A DNA stretch of 64,000 nt, from assembly GCA_041747155.1 (NCBI GenBank), contig JBGTFQ010000188.1, forward strand, positions 1,090-65,089, written 5' to 3'. This document shows positions 19,507 to 28,028 of this stretch, piece by piece; position 1 is the first letter of the stretch; the number at the start of each line of letters is the position of its first letter. The DNA comes from Rubrobacteraceae bacterium (GTDB taxonomy: Bacteria > Actinomycetota > Rubrobacteria > Rubrobacterales > Rubrobacteraceae). The position numbers were made by a program, and so were the translations under genes. The notes under the pieces were generated by a model that was given only the letters and a program-made list of their open reading frames with translations, was not told the origin of the DNA and did not search any database.

Positions 19507-20775
19507 ATGTTCGACCGCATCCGTCGCCGCCTCACGCTGGGATACGTCGGGATCCTCGCCCTCATACTGCTGCTGTTCGGAGCCATAGTAGTCGGTGGGT
19601 TCTTTCTCATAGAGAGCCACCGCCAGGACGAGGTGCTAACCGACAAGGCGAACACCAAGCGGGACGAGCTTCTGAAAGATTCGACGTACAGTAGCGATCC
19701 CCGTATCCCCACATCCTCCGACTCCAACTTAGCTTACTCTCTCATATCTATAGACAAGAGCGCGACTTATGCGCCGGAGAGGAATCCTTCCGGAGCCTCG
19801 GACCCGTATCTCGGGTTACCCTACGAGGAGTCGGCGCTGAGCGCCGCGTGGAATATGAACTCGAAGCCCAAGACCTTTGGGGGTGAGGGGGGATCGGTGC
19901 GGGTGATGAGCGTTCCGGTGGCGAAGACGCAGGATGGCAACGTGCTGGTAGTTCAGGCCGCCCAGCCACGCAGCGTAGTCTGGGAACCCGTAACCACCCT
20001 CGCCCTTGTGCTAGCGGTCGTCGGCCTTGGAGCCCTGGCGCTCGCCTTCGTGGGCGGTCTATTCATGTCCCGCCGGGCGATGCGTCCGGTACAGGATTCG
20101 TTCGACCGGCAGCGGACGTTTATCGCCGACGCATCTCACGAACTAAAGACTCCCCTCACTCTAATCCGGGCCGACGCTGAAGTCCTCCAGCGTGGCATGA
20201 CCGACCCGGACCAGCGAGAGCTCGCCGACGACCTCCTCTCCGAGACCGACCGCATGAACACTGTCCTCTCCGACCTGCTTCTCCTGACCCGCCTGGATGC
20301 CGGAAAGCTCTCCGTGGAACAGGAAACCTTCGATCTCTCCCAGGTAATAATTCAGGCTGCGGAGCGTTTCCGGGCGCGAGCGACTGCGGGGGGAATAAAC
20401 ATCGAAACTGAACTCTCCGGTAAGCTCCTGGTTATGGGTGATGAAGAGCGAACCGGACAAATACTTGCAGCGCTCCTCGACAACGCCGTCAGGTTCACGC
20501 CCGAAAGAGGCCGCATCACGATCTCCGGCAAGCAGGAAGACAGAGGGATAAAAGCCTCCGTCACGGACACCGGACCCGGCATAGCCTCCGAACATCTGCC
20601 CCGGCTCTTCGACCGCTTCTACCGGGCCGAAGCCTCCCGTACCCGGTCGGATGGCGGCACGGGTCTGGGACTAGCCATCGCCCAGGATCTGGCACGCGTT
20701 CAGGGCGGCGAACTTGTAGCGGGCAACGCCCAAAACGGCGGCGCGGTGTTTACACTCCAGATGCCAACTGGTTAA
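19507..20775 (+). CDS. sensor histidine kinase
   Basis: Two TM segments, H-box ADASHELKTPLT, N/G boxes LLDNAVRF and DTGPGI...GGTGLGLAI. Confidence 0.9.
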   Translation: MFDRIRRRLTLGYVGILALILLLFGAIVVGGFFLIESHRQDEVLTDKANTKRDELLKDSTYSSDPRIPTSSDSNLAYSLISIDKSATYAPERNPSGASDPYLGLPYEESALSAAWNMNSKPKTFGGEGGSVRVMSVPVAKTQDGNVLVVQAAQPRSVVWEPVTTLALVLAVVGLGALALAFVGGLFMSRRAMRPVQDSFDRQRTFIADASHELKTPLTLIRADAEVLQRGMTDPDQRELADDLLSETDRMNTVLSDLLLLTRLDAGKLSVEQETFDLSQVIIQAAERFRARATAGGINIETELSGKLLVMGDEERTGQILAALLDNAVRFTPERGRITISGKQEDRGIKASVTDTGPGIASEHLPRLFDRFYRAEASRTRSDGGTGLGLAIAQDLARVQGGELVAGNAQNGGAVFTLQMPTG

Positions 20776-20932
20776 TAGGCGAAGAACATCTAATTGCCCA
20801 CCACTCGCGTCAAGAAGTATGTTGCGAGACCTACTCAGTACAACCTCAATGTCCAGTTGCGATCAAACGAAGCATCAAGCTGATATCCAGAGACTCAAGT
20901 AAAAAGCCTCCACTTTGCAGGACTTTCGGGAG

Positions 20933-20980
20933 CGCGCTCGGCAGGACTCGAACCTGCGACCTCCTGATTCGTAGTCCGAA
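20933..20980 (-). other. 3' fragment of a tRNA-Arg(ACG) gene (anticodon loop to discriminator base), putative att-type remnant
   Basis: Minus-sense sequence reads as follows: anticodon loop CTACGAA, variable loop AGGTC, T-arm GCAGG-TTCGAGT-CCTGC, acceptor 3' strand CGAGCGC, then G. No matching D-arm or 5' acceptor strand (GCGCTCG) lies upstream. Confidence 0.65.
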
Positions 20981-21200
20981 TTATGCAGTTCTATGCGGTT
21001 CTTAAAGGTACGTTTAAAGCATTTCTAAAGCATTTTCGGTATCTTGAGGAACTATGCTGCTCGATGCCGCTCCCGTCACGCTCCCGTCAAAACGATTGCT
21101 GTCCGTAAGGATGAAGGAACACAGCTGAATCAACAATATTTTACAGGTATAGTCAGCAGAAGAAACGCATTTCAGCAACGTTTACGATTAGTCAGGTGAT

Positions 21201-21632
21201 TCAATGCAAGAGATCGCGCCCGTCGCGCAGCAGCCTTACGTTCTGAAGAGCTACGTCGAAGCTGCGCGCCAGTGTTTCTTGGGTGAGCGACACTATGTGT
21301 GGCGTGACCACGACATTGTCTAAGGCCATGAGCGTGCTGTCGGGAGGAGGGGGCTACTTGGCCAACACATCGAGGGCGGCCCGCAAGCGGCCGCTCGTTG
21401 GAGCCTCAACCAACGCCCCTCTCCCAATGAGCCCGTCGCGCGCAGTGTTGACTAGGACGGCGCCCGGCTTCACACGCGTCAGTGCAGACCGGTCGAGCAG
21501 ACTTTCAGTTTCCGAGATCAGAGGCACGTGCAGTGACACAACATCGAATTCTTTGAGCAGGTTGTCGAGAGCTCGACGCTCAATCCCGAGGTCCGAGCGC
21601 CCGCTCCTATTTGTGTAAACTACGTGTGGATG
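21201..21632 (-). pseudogene. 5'-truncated D-isomer-specific 2-hydroxyacid dehydrogenase with an in-frame TAG
   Basis: Minus-strand translation gives LDNLLKEFDVVSLHVPLISETESLL...VLVNTARDGLI...AALDVLAK-TAG-PPPPDSTLMALDNVVVTPHIVSLTQE. The N-terminal ~150 aa are absent and an internal stop is present. Confidence 0.7.
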
Positions 21633-21891
21633 TTACGTATTTGACAGGTTGGGTGCCAAGTACTTGATGACTGCGCTGCCCACACACCGCTACAGTAGAG
21701 TACGTAAAGTGCAGCGAGCACAAACTAGCTAAGAAGTCCGATGGTAGCATTACCGGAAAGGACGGAGCTTTCGGATGCCCGCCTTTCCGTCCGTCGCGGC
21801 GGGGTTTTTGCGCCGTTTGGCGAGTTGGCGGACGGAGGTTTATGTACCTATCAAAGGTGAGTAGAGTGGTGCATGAAGGCAGGAGTGTAGC

Positions 21892-22665
21892 GTGGGGCGG
21901 GTGATCCTGCTTGGCACCGGCGACCCGCTGAACGAAGAACGGGCCCAAACGTCCCTGGCCGTCCCCCTAGCTGGGAACGAGACCCTGCTCCTGGACACCT
22001 CCAGCGGCACCGTCCTGCTCCGCCAGCTAGAAGTCGCCGGTATCGCCCTAGAGAGTATCCGCCACCTCTTCATAAGCCACCGCCACTTCGACCACGCTGG
22101 TGGCCTTGCGCCTCTATTAGTGGCCCTCACGCCGCTCCGCGAGACTTTCATCACCGTCCACGCCCCGCCCGAGACGCTCCGCGCTCTCCACGACCTGCTC
22201 GAACTCACCATACCCGGCGTCGAGACCTGGCTCGGCGACCGCCTCAAATGGAACGAGCTTACCCTCGGAGAGCCCACCCCTGCGGGCAATGCCGAAGTCA
22301 TCCCCTTTGCCGTGGACCACGGTCTCGAATGTGTCGGCTTTCGCATCGCCCAGGGCGGCTCGGCCCTCGTCTACGCCGCCGACACCCGACCCTCTCCCAA
22401 TGTTGCCCGGTACGCCAGAGACGCTGATATCCTAATCCACGAAGCCTACGGACTCTCTGGGGACGCGGATCAGGCTCATACCTTCGGCCATTCCACCGCC
22501 GCCGAGGCGGGCCGGGCGGCGCGGGAGGCTGGGGTGAGGCGGCTAGTGCTCACCCACTTCCGGGCGAGCCGCTACGCCAACCCGCTGGAGCTGGCCATGG
22601 AGGCTAAAGTCGCCTTCGAGGGACCGGTGGACGCCGCAAGCGACTTGGAGGCCTTCGACTGCTAG
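21892..22665 (+). CDS. MBL-fold metallo-hydrolase
   Basis: HRHFDHAGG (HxHxDH) motif and later His/Asp ligands. GTG start. Confidence 0.8.
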   Translation: MGRVILLGTGDPLNEERAQTSLAVPLAGNETLLLDTSSGTVLLRQLEVAGIALESIRHLFISHRHFDHAGGLAPLLVALTPLRETFITVHAPPETLRALHDLLELTIPGVETWLGDRLKWNELTLGEPTPAGNAEVIPFAVDHGLECVGFRIAQGGSALVYAADTRPSPNVARYARDADILIHEAYGLSGDADQAHTFGHSTAAEAGRAAREAGVRRLVLTHFRASRYANPLELAMEAKVAFEGPVDAASDLEAFDC

Positions 22666-22737
22666 TAAAGGCGTGTAGTGTAGCCTCTGTCACCCCGGTA
22701 TTCTATAGTGTCAGCAGGAAAGGAGGACGCACAAGAA

Positions 22738-25080
22738 ATGACAGGAGCGCCGCAAGGCAGGCCTGCAGGTAAGCCTGCTAGACCATTCCAGGACTTACCT
22801 GGTGGCGAGGTTACGTTCCTGTTCACCGACATACAAGGCTCCACCTCCATGTGGGAGCGAGACGCGGCGAGGATGCAGCAAGCCCTGGTTCGCCACGATG
22901 AAATACTGCGTACCGCAGTCACCGAAAACGGTGGCCAGGTCTTCAAGATGGTCGGCGATGCCTGCTACGCGGTATTCTCCTCCGCCCCGGAAGCCCTCCG
23001 GGCCGGCGTTGCCGTCCAGAAGGCAATCTTCAAAGAGCCCTGGGACGAACGGAGCCGCGTCCGCATCAGGATGGCCCTTCACACCGGAGAGGCTGAGGAA
23101 CGTGACGGCGACTACTTCGGCCCGCCCCTGAACCGCCTGTCTAGGCTAGTGTCCGCCGGCCACGGAGGACAGACCCTCATCTCCAAAGCCACCAAGGAAC
23201 TGGTCGAAGATCACCTCCCGCAGGATGTCCGCCTGCGGGATATGGGTGAGCGGCGCCTCAAAGACCTCAAAGAGCCGGAGAGGATTTTCCAGCTTCTCGC
23301 TCCGGACCTCCCCGAAGAGTTCCCACCCCTGAAAACTCTGGAGACGAGCTCTAACGAGGACCGATACCGCCTAATAGAGAAGATCGGCTCTGGAGGCATG
23401 GCCGAAGTCTACCTGGCTTACGACGAGTTCCTCCAGCGCGAGGTAGCCTTCAAAGTCTTAGATAGGAAGTACGCCGAGAACAAAGAGGCCATAGAGCGCT
23501 TCCGCCGCGAAGCAAGAAACGCCGCCTCACTGCGTCACCCAAACATCGTCGCCACCCACGACCGGGGAGAGACGGAGAACGGCACCTACTACATAGTCAT
23601 GGAATACCTCGAAGGCGGAACACTGGAAGACCTCATCGGGGGAGCAGGCCCGCTGCCGCCAAGAGAAGCCGCCGAGATAGCCGTGGAGATCGCCGACGCC
23701 CTCACCGTAGCCCACGAAAACGACGTCATTCACCGGGACATAAAACCCCAGAACATACTCCTCTCAAGCACGGGAGAGGCAAAAGTCGCCGACTTCGGCA
23801 TAGCCCGGGCGGCCTCGGCCACCACCATGACCCAGGCGGGCAGTATTCTCGGCACCGTGCACTACATCTCACCCGAACAGGCTCTGGGAGAGCTCGCCAC
23901 CCCACAGAGCGACCTCTACTCGTTGGGAGTGGTCCTGTACGAGATGCTGACTGGAGAGCTACCCTACGAAGCCGAGACACCGGTCGGGGTCATCATGAAG
24001 CACGTAAGCGGCCTCACCCGCACGGCAAGAGAAGTAAACCCCCTGGTGCCCGAAGAACTGGATGATCTCGTAAGCCGGCTGCTCACAAAAGACCCCGAAG
24101 AGCGTCCCGCCGACGCCGCGACACTGGTAGAAGAGCTGGAGCAGATCGCGCAATCGCTGCCGGAAGTCCTGGAGGCCGAGCGCGTACGAGGCACCACGAC
24201 CCGGGGTTCAGGCTCCTCCGGCACACACACCACGGGCTCACGCAGCAGAGGTACAAGAGGGGGGACCAGGCGGAAGATCGGTACTGGCAGCGGAACCGGT
24301 GGCGGGATGAAGATAGGCCCCGCGCGGACACCTGGAAGGCTTCAGCTCCGGGGAATCCTTCTCGCGGCGGTGCTCGTGGTGGTGAGCTTGGGGATCATTG
24401 CCTTCGTGGCGCTACAGCAGGGAGGGTGGCCGTTTGGGGCGCAGGCTGAGACTTTGCCCGAACCGTCGCCCGATGAGATCAGCGCTCCACTCGACCCCGG
24501 AAAGTACACCACCGACGAGTTCGATCTGGACCTCTCGTTCGACATCGATGAGGGCGGGCTTTGGCGGATGACCGGCTCCGAGGTATCGGATACCATCGAA
24601 CTCACCACGGCGAACTCATCGGAAGCGTTGGCCGGGAACTATCCGTCACTAGGCATCAGCCTTCCCAACGAAGTCTTCACTCCAAACGGACAGGACCAAA
24701 TTTCTCAAAATGCTATCGAGCGGAGGACGGACGTCCCCGACGACCTCGTCGCCTGGTTGCGTAACCACCCGAACCTGAAAACCTCCGAGCCCAAGCCTGT
24801 CACCATCGGGGGCCGGGAGGGGACACAACTCGACGTGAGGCTCTCTCCAGTCCCAAAGGACTACTCTGCCGCTTGCGGTCCGACGCCGTGCGTCTACCTT
24901 CTAGGGACGTCGGACGGGGGTGGACTCTACCTCCTTGAGGGATCCCGGAACCAGTTGATCGTCATGGACGACATCGAGGGCAAGAAGGCCGTCATCGCCG
25001 TGAGCTCTAGCGCCAATGCTCTTGACAACTTCCTCCCAAAGGCACAAGAGGTTATCGACACCGTAGAGTGGGGTGTTTGA
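22738..25080 (+). CDS. multidomain signalling protein with a class III adenylate/guanylate cyclase domain, a Ser/Thr protein kinase, a TM helix and an extracytoplasmic domain
   Basis: Cyclase motifs FLFTDIQGST, FKMVGDA and YFGPPLNRLSRL. Kinase motifs GSGGMAEVY, HRDIKPQNILL and DFGIA. One TM segment (ILLAAVLVVVSLGIIAFVAL). The C-terminal ~230 aa are similar to the next gene. SD AAGGAGGA lies 10 nt before ATG 22738. Confidence 0.85.
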   Translation: MTGAPQGRPAGKPARPFQDLPGGEVTFLFTDIQGSTSMWERDAARMQQALVRHDEILRTAVTENGGQVFKMVGDACYAVFSSAPEALRAGVAVQKAIFKEPWDERSRVRIRMALHTGEAEERDGDYFGPPLNRLSRLVSAGHGGQTLISKATKELVEDHLPQDVRLRDMGERRLKDLKEPERIFQLLAPDLPEEFPPLKTLETSSNEDRYRLIEKIGSGGMAEVYLAYDEFLQREVAFKVLDRKYAENKEAIERFRREARNAASLRHPNIVATHDRGETENGTYYIVMEYLEGGTLEDLIGGAGPLPPREAAEIAVEIADALTVAHENDVIHRDIKPQNILLSSTGEAKVADFGIARAASATTMTQAGSILGTVHYISPEQALGELATPQSDLYSLGVVLYEMLTGELPYEAETPVGVIMKHVSGLTRTAREVNPLVPEELDDLVSRLLTKDPEERPADAATLVEELEQIAQSLPEVLEAERVRGTTTRGSGSSGTHTTGSRSRGTRGGTRRKIGTGSGTGGGMKIGPARTPGRLQLRGILLAAVLVVVSLGIIAFVALQQGGWPFGAQAETLPEPSPDEISAPLDPGKYTTDEFDLDLSFDIDEGGLWRMTGSEVSDTIELTTANSSEALAGNYPSLGISLPNEVFTPNGQDQISQNAIERRTDVPDDLVAWLRNHPNLKTSEPKPVTIGGREGTQLDVRLSPVPKDYSAACGPTPCVYLLGTSDGGGLYLLEGSRNQLIVMDDIEGKKAVIAVSSSANALDNFLPKAQEVIDTVEWGV

Positions 25081-25268
25081 GTTGCTCTTACCAGTGCCCC
25101 GGCAATTCAGGGATCGTCAAGGCAACGGGATTGTGAATCATCAATTCGCTGCGGCAAACTCAACAGGATGGGTGTCAAATATTTAATATGCGGGCCTCCG
25201 CGCCGGTGGTAGGGTGAGCTTAGATAGTAGCGGAGACCGCCGCTTTGGCGGTCAGTGAAGGAGAAAGT

Positions 25269-26009
25269 ATGAAACGGGTTGCTGTTCTGAGCTTGCTCTT
25301 CGCGCTCTTCCTGACGATTGGCGCTTGCGGTGGTGACGACGAGGATCAGTCAGCCTCATCCGGGACCACGAAAACGGCCGAAAATACTGAGACGACAGGG
25401 AAGACTGCGACGCCGAATACGGGCAAGACGCTACCGGAGCAGCAAGGGCAAACTCTCTCCCCTGGCAAGTACGTCACGGACGAGTTTCAACCAGGGTTCT
25501 CTTTCCAGCTCGGCGAAGGGTGGAAATCCGTCGGCCCTGAGATCCCGGAAAACGTCGCAATCGAGGGTGAGGGAGACTCGCCTTCGATCCTCGGCTTCTC
25601 GAATCCCCGGCAGGTATTCGATTCGAAGAAGCCTGCTGAGCAGAAAGAAGTTCCCGCCCCCGATACCGTCGACGGGTGGGTCGCCTGGTATCAGCAGAAC
25701 CCGTACCTCGATGTTTCGGACCCGAAACCGGTGTCCATAAGCAGCGCAACCGGGGTGAGTTTGAGCACGAGAGTAACCTCCACACCGGAAAACTACCCTC
25801 AGGATTGTGTAGACCCCTGCGTCCCAGGCTTCCCGCTCGGCAACTCTGCGGCAGACTTTTACTTGGGAGACAGCTACAAGACTTTCGTGGTGGAAGCTGG
25901 GGGCGAAACGGTAATCGTGAGCGTCGCAGCCCCTGCCGAGGAGTTTGAAAAGTTCTTGTCGAAGGCCCAGGAAGTCCTGGACACCGTGGAGTGGAAGGCC
26001 ACCTCTTAG
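25269..26009 (+). CDS. secreted lipoprotein, paralogue of the extracytoplasmic domain of the cyclase-kinase
   Basis: Signal peptide and lipobox-like LTIGAC. Motifs shared with the upstream protein: PGKY(V/T)TDEF, NP(Y/N)L(D/K).S(D/E)PKPV and AQEV(L/I)DTVEW. SD GAAGGAG lies 5 nt before the ATG. Confidence 0.75.
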   Translation: MKRVAVLSLLFALFLTIGACGGDDEDQSASSGTTKTAENTETTGKTATPNTGKTLPEQQGQTLSPGKYVTDEFQPGFSFQLGEGWKSVGPEIPENVAIEGEGDSPSILGFSNPRQVFDSKKPAEQKEVPAPDTVDGWVAWYQQNPYLDVSDPKPVSISSATGVSLSTRVTSTPENYPQDCVDPCVPGFPLGNSAADFYLGDSYKTFVVEAGGETVIVSVAAPAEEFEKFLSKAQEVLDTVEWKATS

Positions 26010-26072
26010 CCGGTCACTCCACATGTAGAGGATCATTCCTGTTCCCAAGGTGCGAGGCAAACATGCCCTTGA

Positions 26073-26095
26073 TATGTCATGCGACGCATGACATA
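26073..26095. promoter_or_regulatory. perfect 11-bp inverted repeat (TATGTCATGCG-A-CGCATGACATA), candidate HigA operator
   Basis: Palindrome read directly. It ends 8 nt upstream of the higB-like GTG. Confidence 0.55.
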
Positions 26096-26103
26096 ATCTA
26101 TGA

Positions 26104-26391
26104 GTGATAAGGAGCTTCAGGGACAAGGAGACGCAGAGGCTTTTCGAGGGGCGTGGAGCCCGGGCGGTTTCTGAGCAAGCTCGGAGGCGGGCGCAGGTGA
26201 AACTGGCGCAACTGGACCGGGTGGAGAGCGTCGAGGAGCTCGCGAAGCCGCCGGGAAACAAGTTGCACAGGCTCAGCGGAGATCGGGAGGGGCAATGGGC
26301 CATCAGCGTCAACGAGCAGTACCGGATCTGCTTCTACTTCGATGAATCCGTCGGCTACGCCTACGACGTGGAAGCCACGGACTACCACTAG
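26104..26391 (+). CDS. higB: HigB-type (plasmid maintenance system killer) toxin
   Basis: 95 aa. IRSFRDKETQRLF...AKPPGNKLHRLSGDREGQWAISVNEQYRICF is the classic HigB/RelE-fold family pattern. Confidence 0.8.
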   Translation: MIRSFRDKETQRLFEGRGARAVSEQARRRAQVKLAQLDRVESVEELAKPPGNKLHRLSGDREGQWAISVNEQYRICFYFDESVGYAYDVEATDYH

Positions 26392-26422
26392 CGCATACGC
26401 AGGAATAGAGAGGAGTTGGATC

Positions 26423-26755
26423 GTGGGAGATTGGAACGATGAGATAGCCGGTGAGGAGCGCCTGGATCCTCCGGTCCATCCGGGGGAGGTACTCCGTCAG
26501 GAGTGGCTCGAACCCCTCGGGATGAACGCCAATCGATTGGCGAAGGCTCTTGGCGTGGATCGCCAGAGCATCTACGAGATCGTGGCCGGAGAGCGGAGCA
26601 TCTCCGCGGACATGGCGCTCAGGCTCGCGCGCTGGTCCGGGATGCGCGCAGCGTTCTGGCTCGGGCTGCAGGCAGACCACGACCTCCGGGTGGCCGAGTG
26701 GAAGCGCGGCCAGGAGATAGTGGAGCAGGTCGAGCCCTTGAGTCGTGCCGGTTAA
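26423..26755 (+). CDS. higA: HigA-family antitoxin (XRE HTH)
   Basis: PPVHPGEVLRQEWLEPLGMNANRLAKALGVDRQSIYEIVAGERSISADMALRLARW. GTG 26423 is preceded by GAGGAG. Confidence 0.8.
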   Translation: MGDWNDEIAGEERLDPPVHPGEVLRQEWLEPLGMNANRLAKALGVDRQSIYEIVAGERSISADMALRLARWSGMRAAFWLGLQADHDLRVAEWKRGQEIVEQVEPLSRAG

Positions 26756-26820
26756 CTCTTCCCTGCCGGCGAGGCATGATGCACCATAGCTCATCATGAA
26801 GTCCTGCACGGCGAGGTTTA

Positions 26821-27486
26821 TCACCTCACCCGCGAACGTGCCCCGGTCGGAGACAACTGCCACCACACGACCCAGGCTATCCAACCGGCGGCGATAGCCA
26901 TCAGCAGGTCGGTCACGAGCGTGAGGTCGGCGCTTACCCCGTATGCGATGGGGGTGAGTATCACCCAGGCGATACCGAGGATGATCGACCCCTGCGGCAG
27001 CGTGCCGGACCTCCAGATCCCAACTCCCAACAACAGGATACCCGCGTAGATGACCCAGTCGAGAACGAAGAAAACCGCGTCGGTGAAAGGTGTCGCCTCG
27101 TATTCTATGAAAGCGTCTTTGTTGCCTTCTAGGTATTGGTAGCCGAGGGTGGGCTCGGTGTACGCGATATTACCGTAGTAGATCAGCGTCGATACCAACC
27201 AGAGAACGACCAGGACCAGGCCGACGAGCCCCCACCGCTCGCCCGGACCGCCCACTAGGAAAGCGTACAACGCGAAGACGCCGAACAGGTATAGTGTGTC
27301 GCCCAGTATGTACGCGCCGGCGACCACCTGGTACTTCGTGGAGACTACCGTCTCCGCGTAAGCAGCGGTATCCGACAGAGTTCCAAACTCCGGCAGCAGC
27401 ACGTCGCCTACCAGGATCACGATCTGGGCGACCGGCAACGCGAGGATACCCAGGCGTATCCGGTTCGTTGCGACTTTCCCCGGCAC
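26821..27486 (-). CDS. uncharacterised polytopic membrane protein (divergent member of the family repeated at 30.5-34.9 kb)
   Basis: 221 aa, about 6 TM. Family motifs shared with the other copies: RLGILALPV, F(G)(V/F)FALYA, GG..ERW, GVGIWRSGTLPQG and AAGWIAWVVW. Confidence 0.7.
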   Translation of the reverse strand: MPGKVATNRIRLGILALPVAQIVILVGDVLLPEFGTLSDTAAYAETVVSTKYQVVAGAYILGDTLYLFGVFALYAFLVGGPGERWGLVGLVLVVLWLVSTLIYYGNIAYTEPTLGYQYLEGNKDAFIEYEATPFTDAVFFVLDWVIYAGILLLGVGIWRSGTLPQGSIILGIAWVILTPIAYGVSADLTLVTDLLMAIAAGWIAWVVWWQLSPTGARSRVR

Positions 27487-27763
27487 CCCTCGAACCTCCT
27501 TCCAGCCCGCAGCACCCAGTCTTTTCCTCTAACCCATACAATTTTAAGCTATCGTGCTGCCCCGCGACATACCCGAGGAGCCCGCATTCTCACGAGCTAT
27601 TGAAGAAAATCCCACCGGACGTGTACGCCAAAGAACTTCCCTACCACCGTGTTGCGAATTTAACACTACCGCTGTTAAGCACTTGATAGCTCCGTTACTT
27701 TTCCGATGCTACTCTCGAAACGTGAACAGAACGGCGATTCGAGGCTACGGAAAGGAGAGGGTG

Positions 27764-27973
27764 ATGATGGACGCGAACCAGACGGGGTTGGCGTGCGGCG
27801 AGGGTTGGTGGTGCCTGACGCTCGTGATCCTGGCAGCGATGCTCTTGGTAGCCATCCTTGTGCTGGCAGCGGCTGTGGTAGTGCTCACGCTGACGATTGG
27901 CGCCGGTTTTCCGCACGAAGAGGTACTGTGGATGTACATAGAATTCCCGGCGTCAACTACGCTGACGGCCTAG
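27764..27973 (+). CDS. small hypothetical membrane protein
   Basis: 69 aa. AAGGAG lies 7 nt upstream of ATG 27764. One long hydrophobic segment. No known family. Confidence 0.3.
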   Translation: MMDANQTGLACGEGWWCLTLVILAAMLLVAILVLAAAVVVLTLTIGAGFPHEEVLWMYIEFPASTTLTA

Positions 27974-28028
27974 CAGTCGGCGGGCGCGGGATGCCACTAT
28001 CTTGCCGCTACCTCCCCAGCCTGAGATC

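Noticed and set aside
20933-21020. An intact tRNA-Arg gene on the minus strand.
   Set aside because: The upstream sequence has no D-arm and no 5' acceptor strand complementary to CGAGCGC. The 5' side of the anticodon stem already mismatches. It was therefore recorded only as a 3' fragment.
21760-21815. Stem-loops (CGGAAAGG/CCTTTCCG and CCCGCC/GGCGGG followed by GTTTTT) upstream of the MBL gene, as a possible small RNA or terminator.
   Set aside because: The stems are short with long loops, and no upstream gene lies on that strand for a terminator to end. This cannot be distinguished from chance without expression data.
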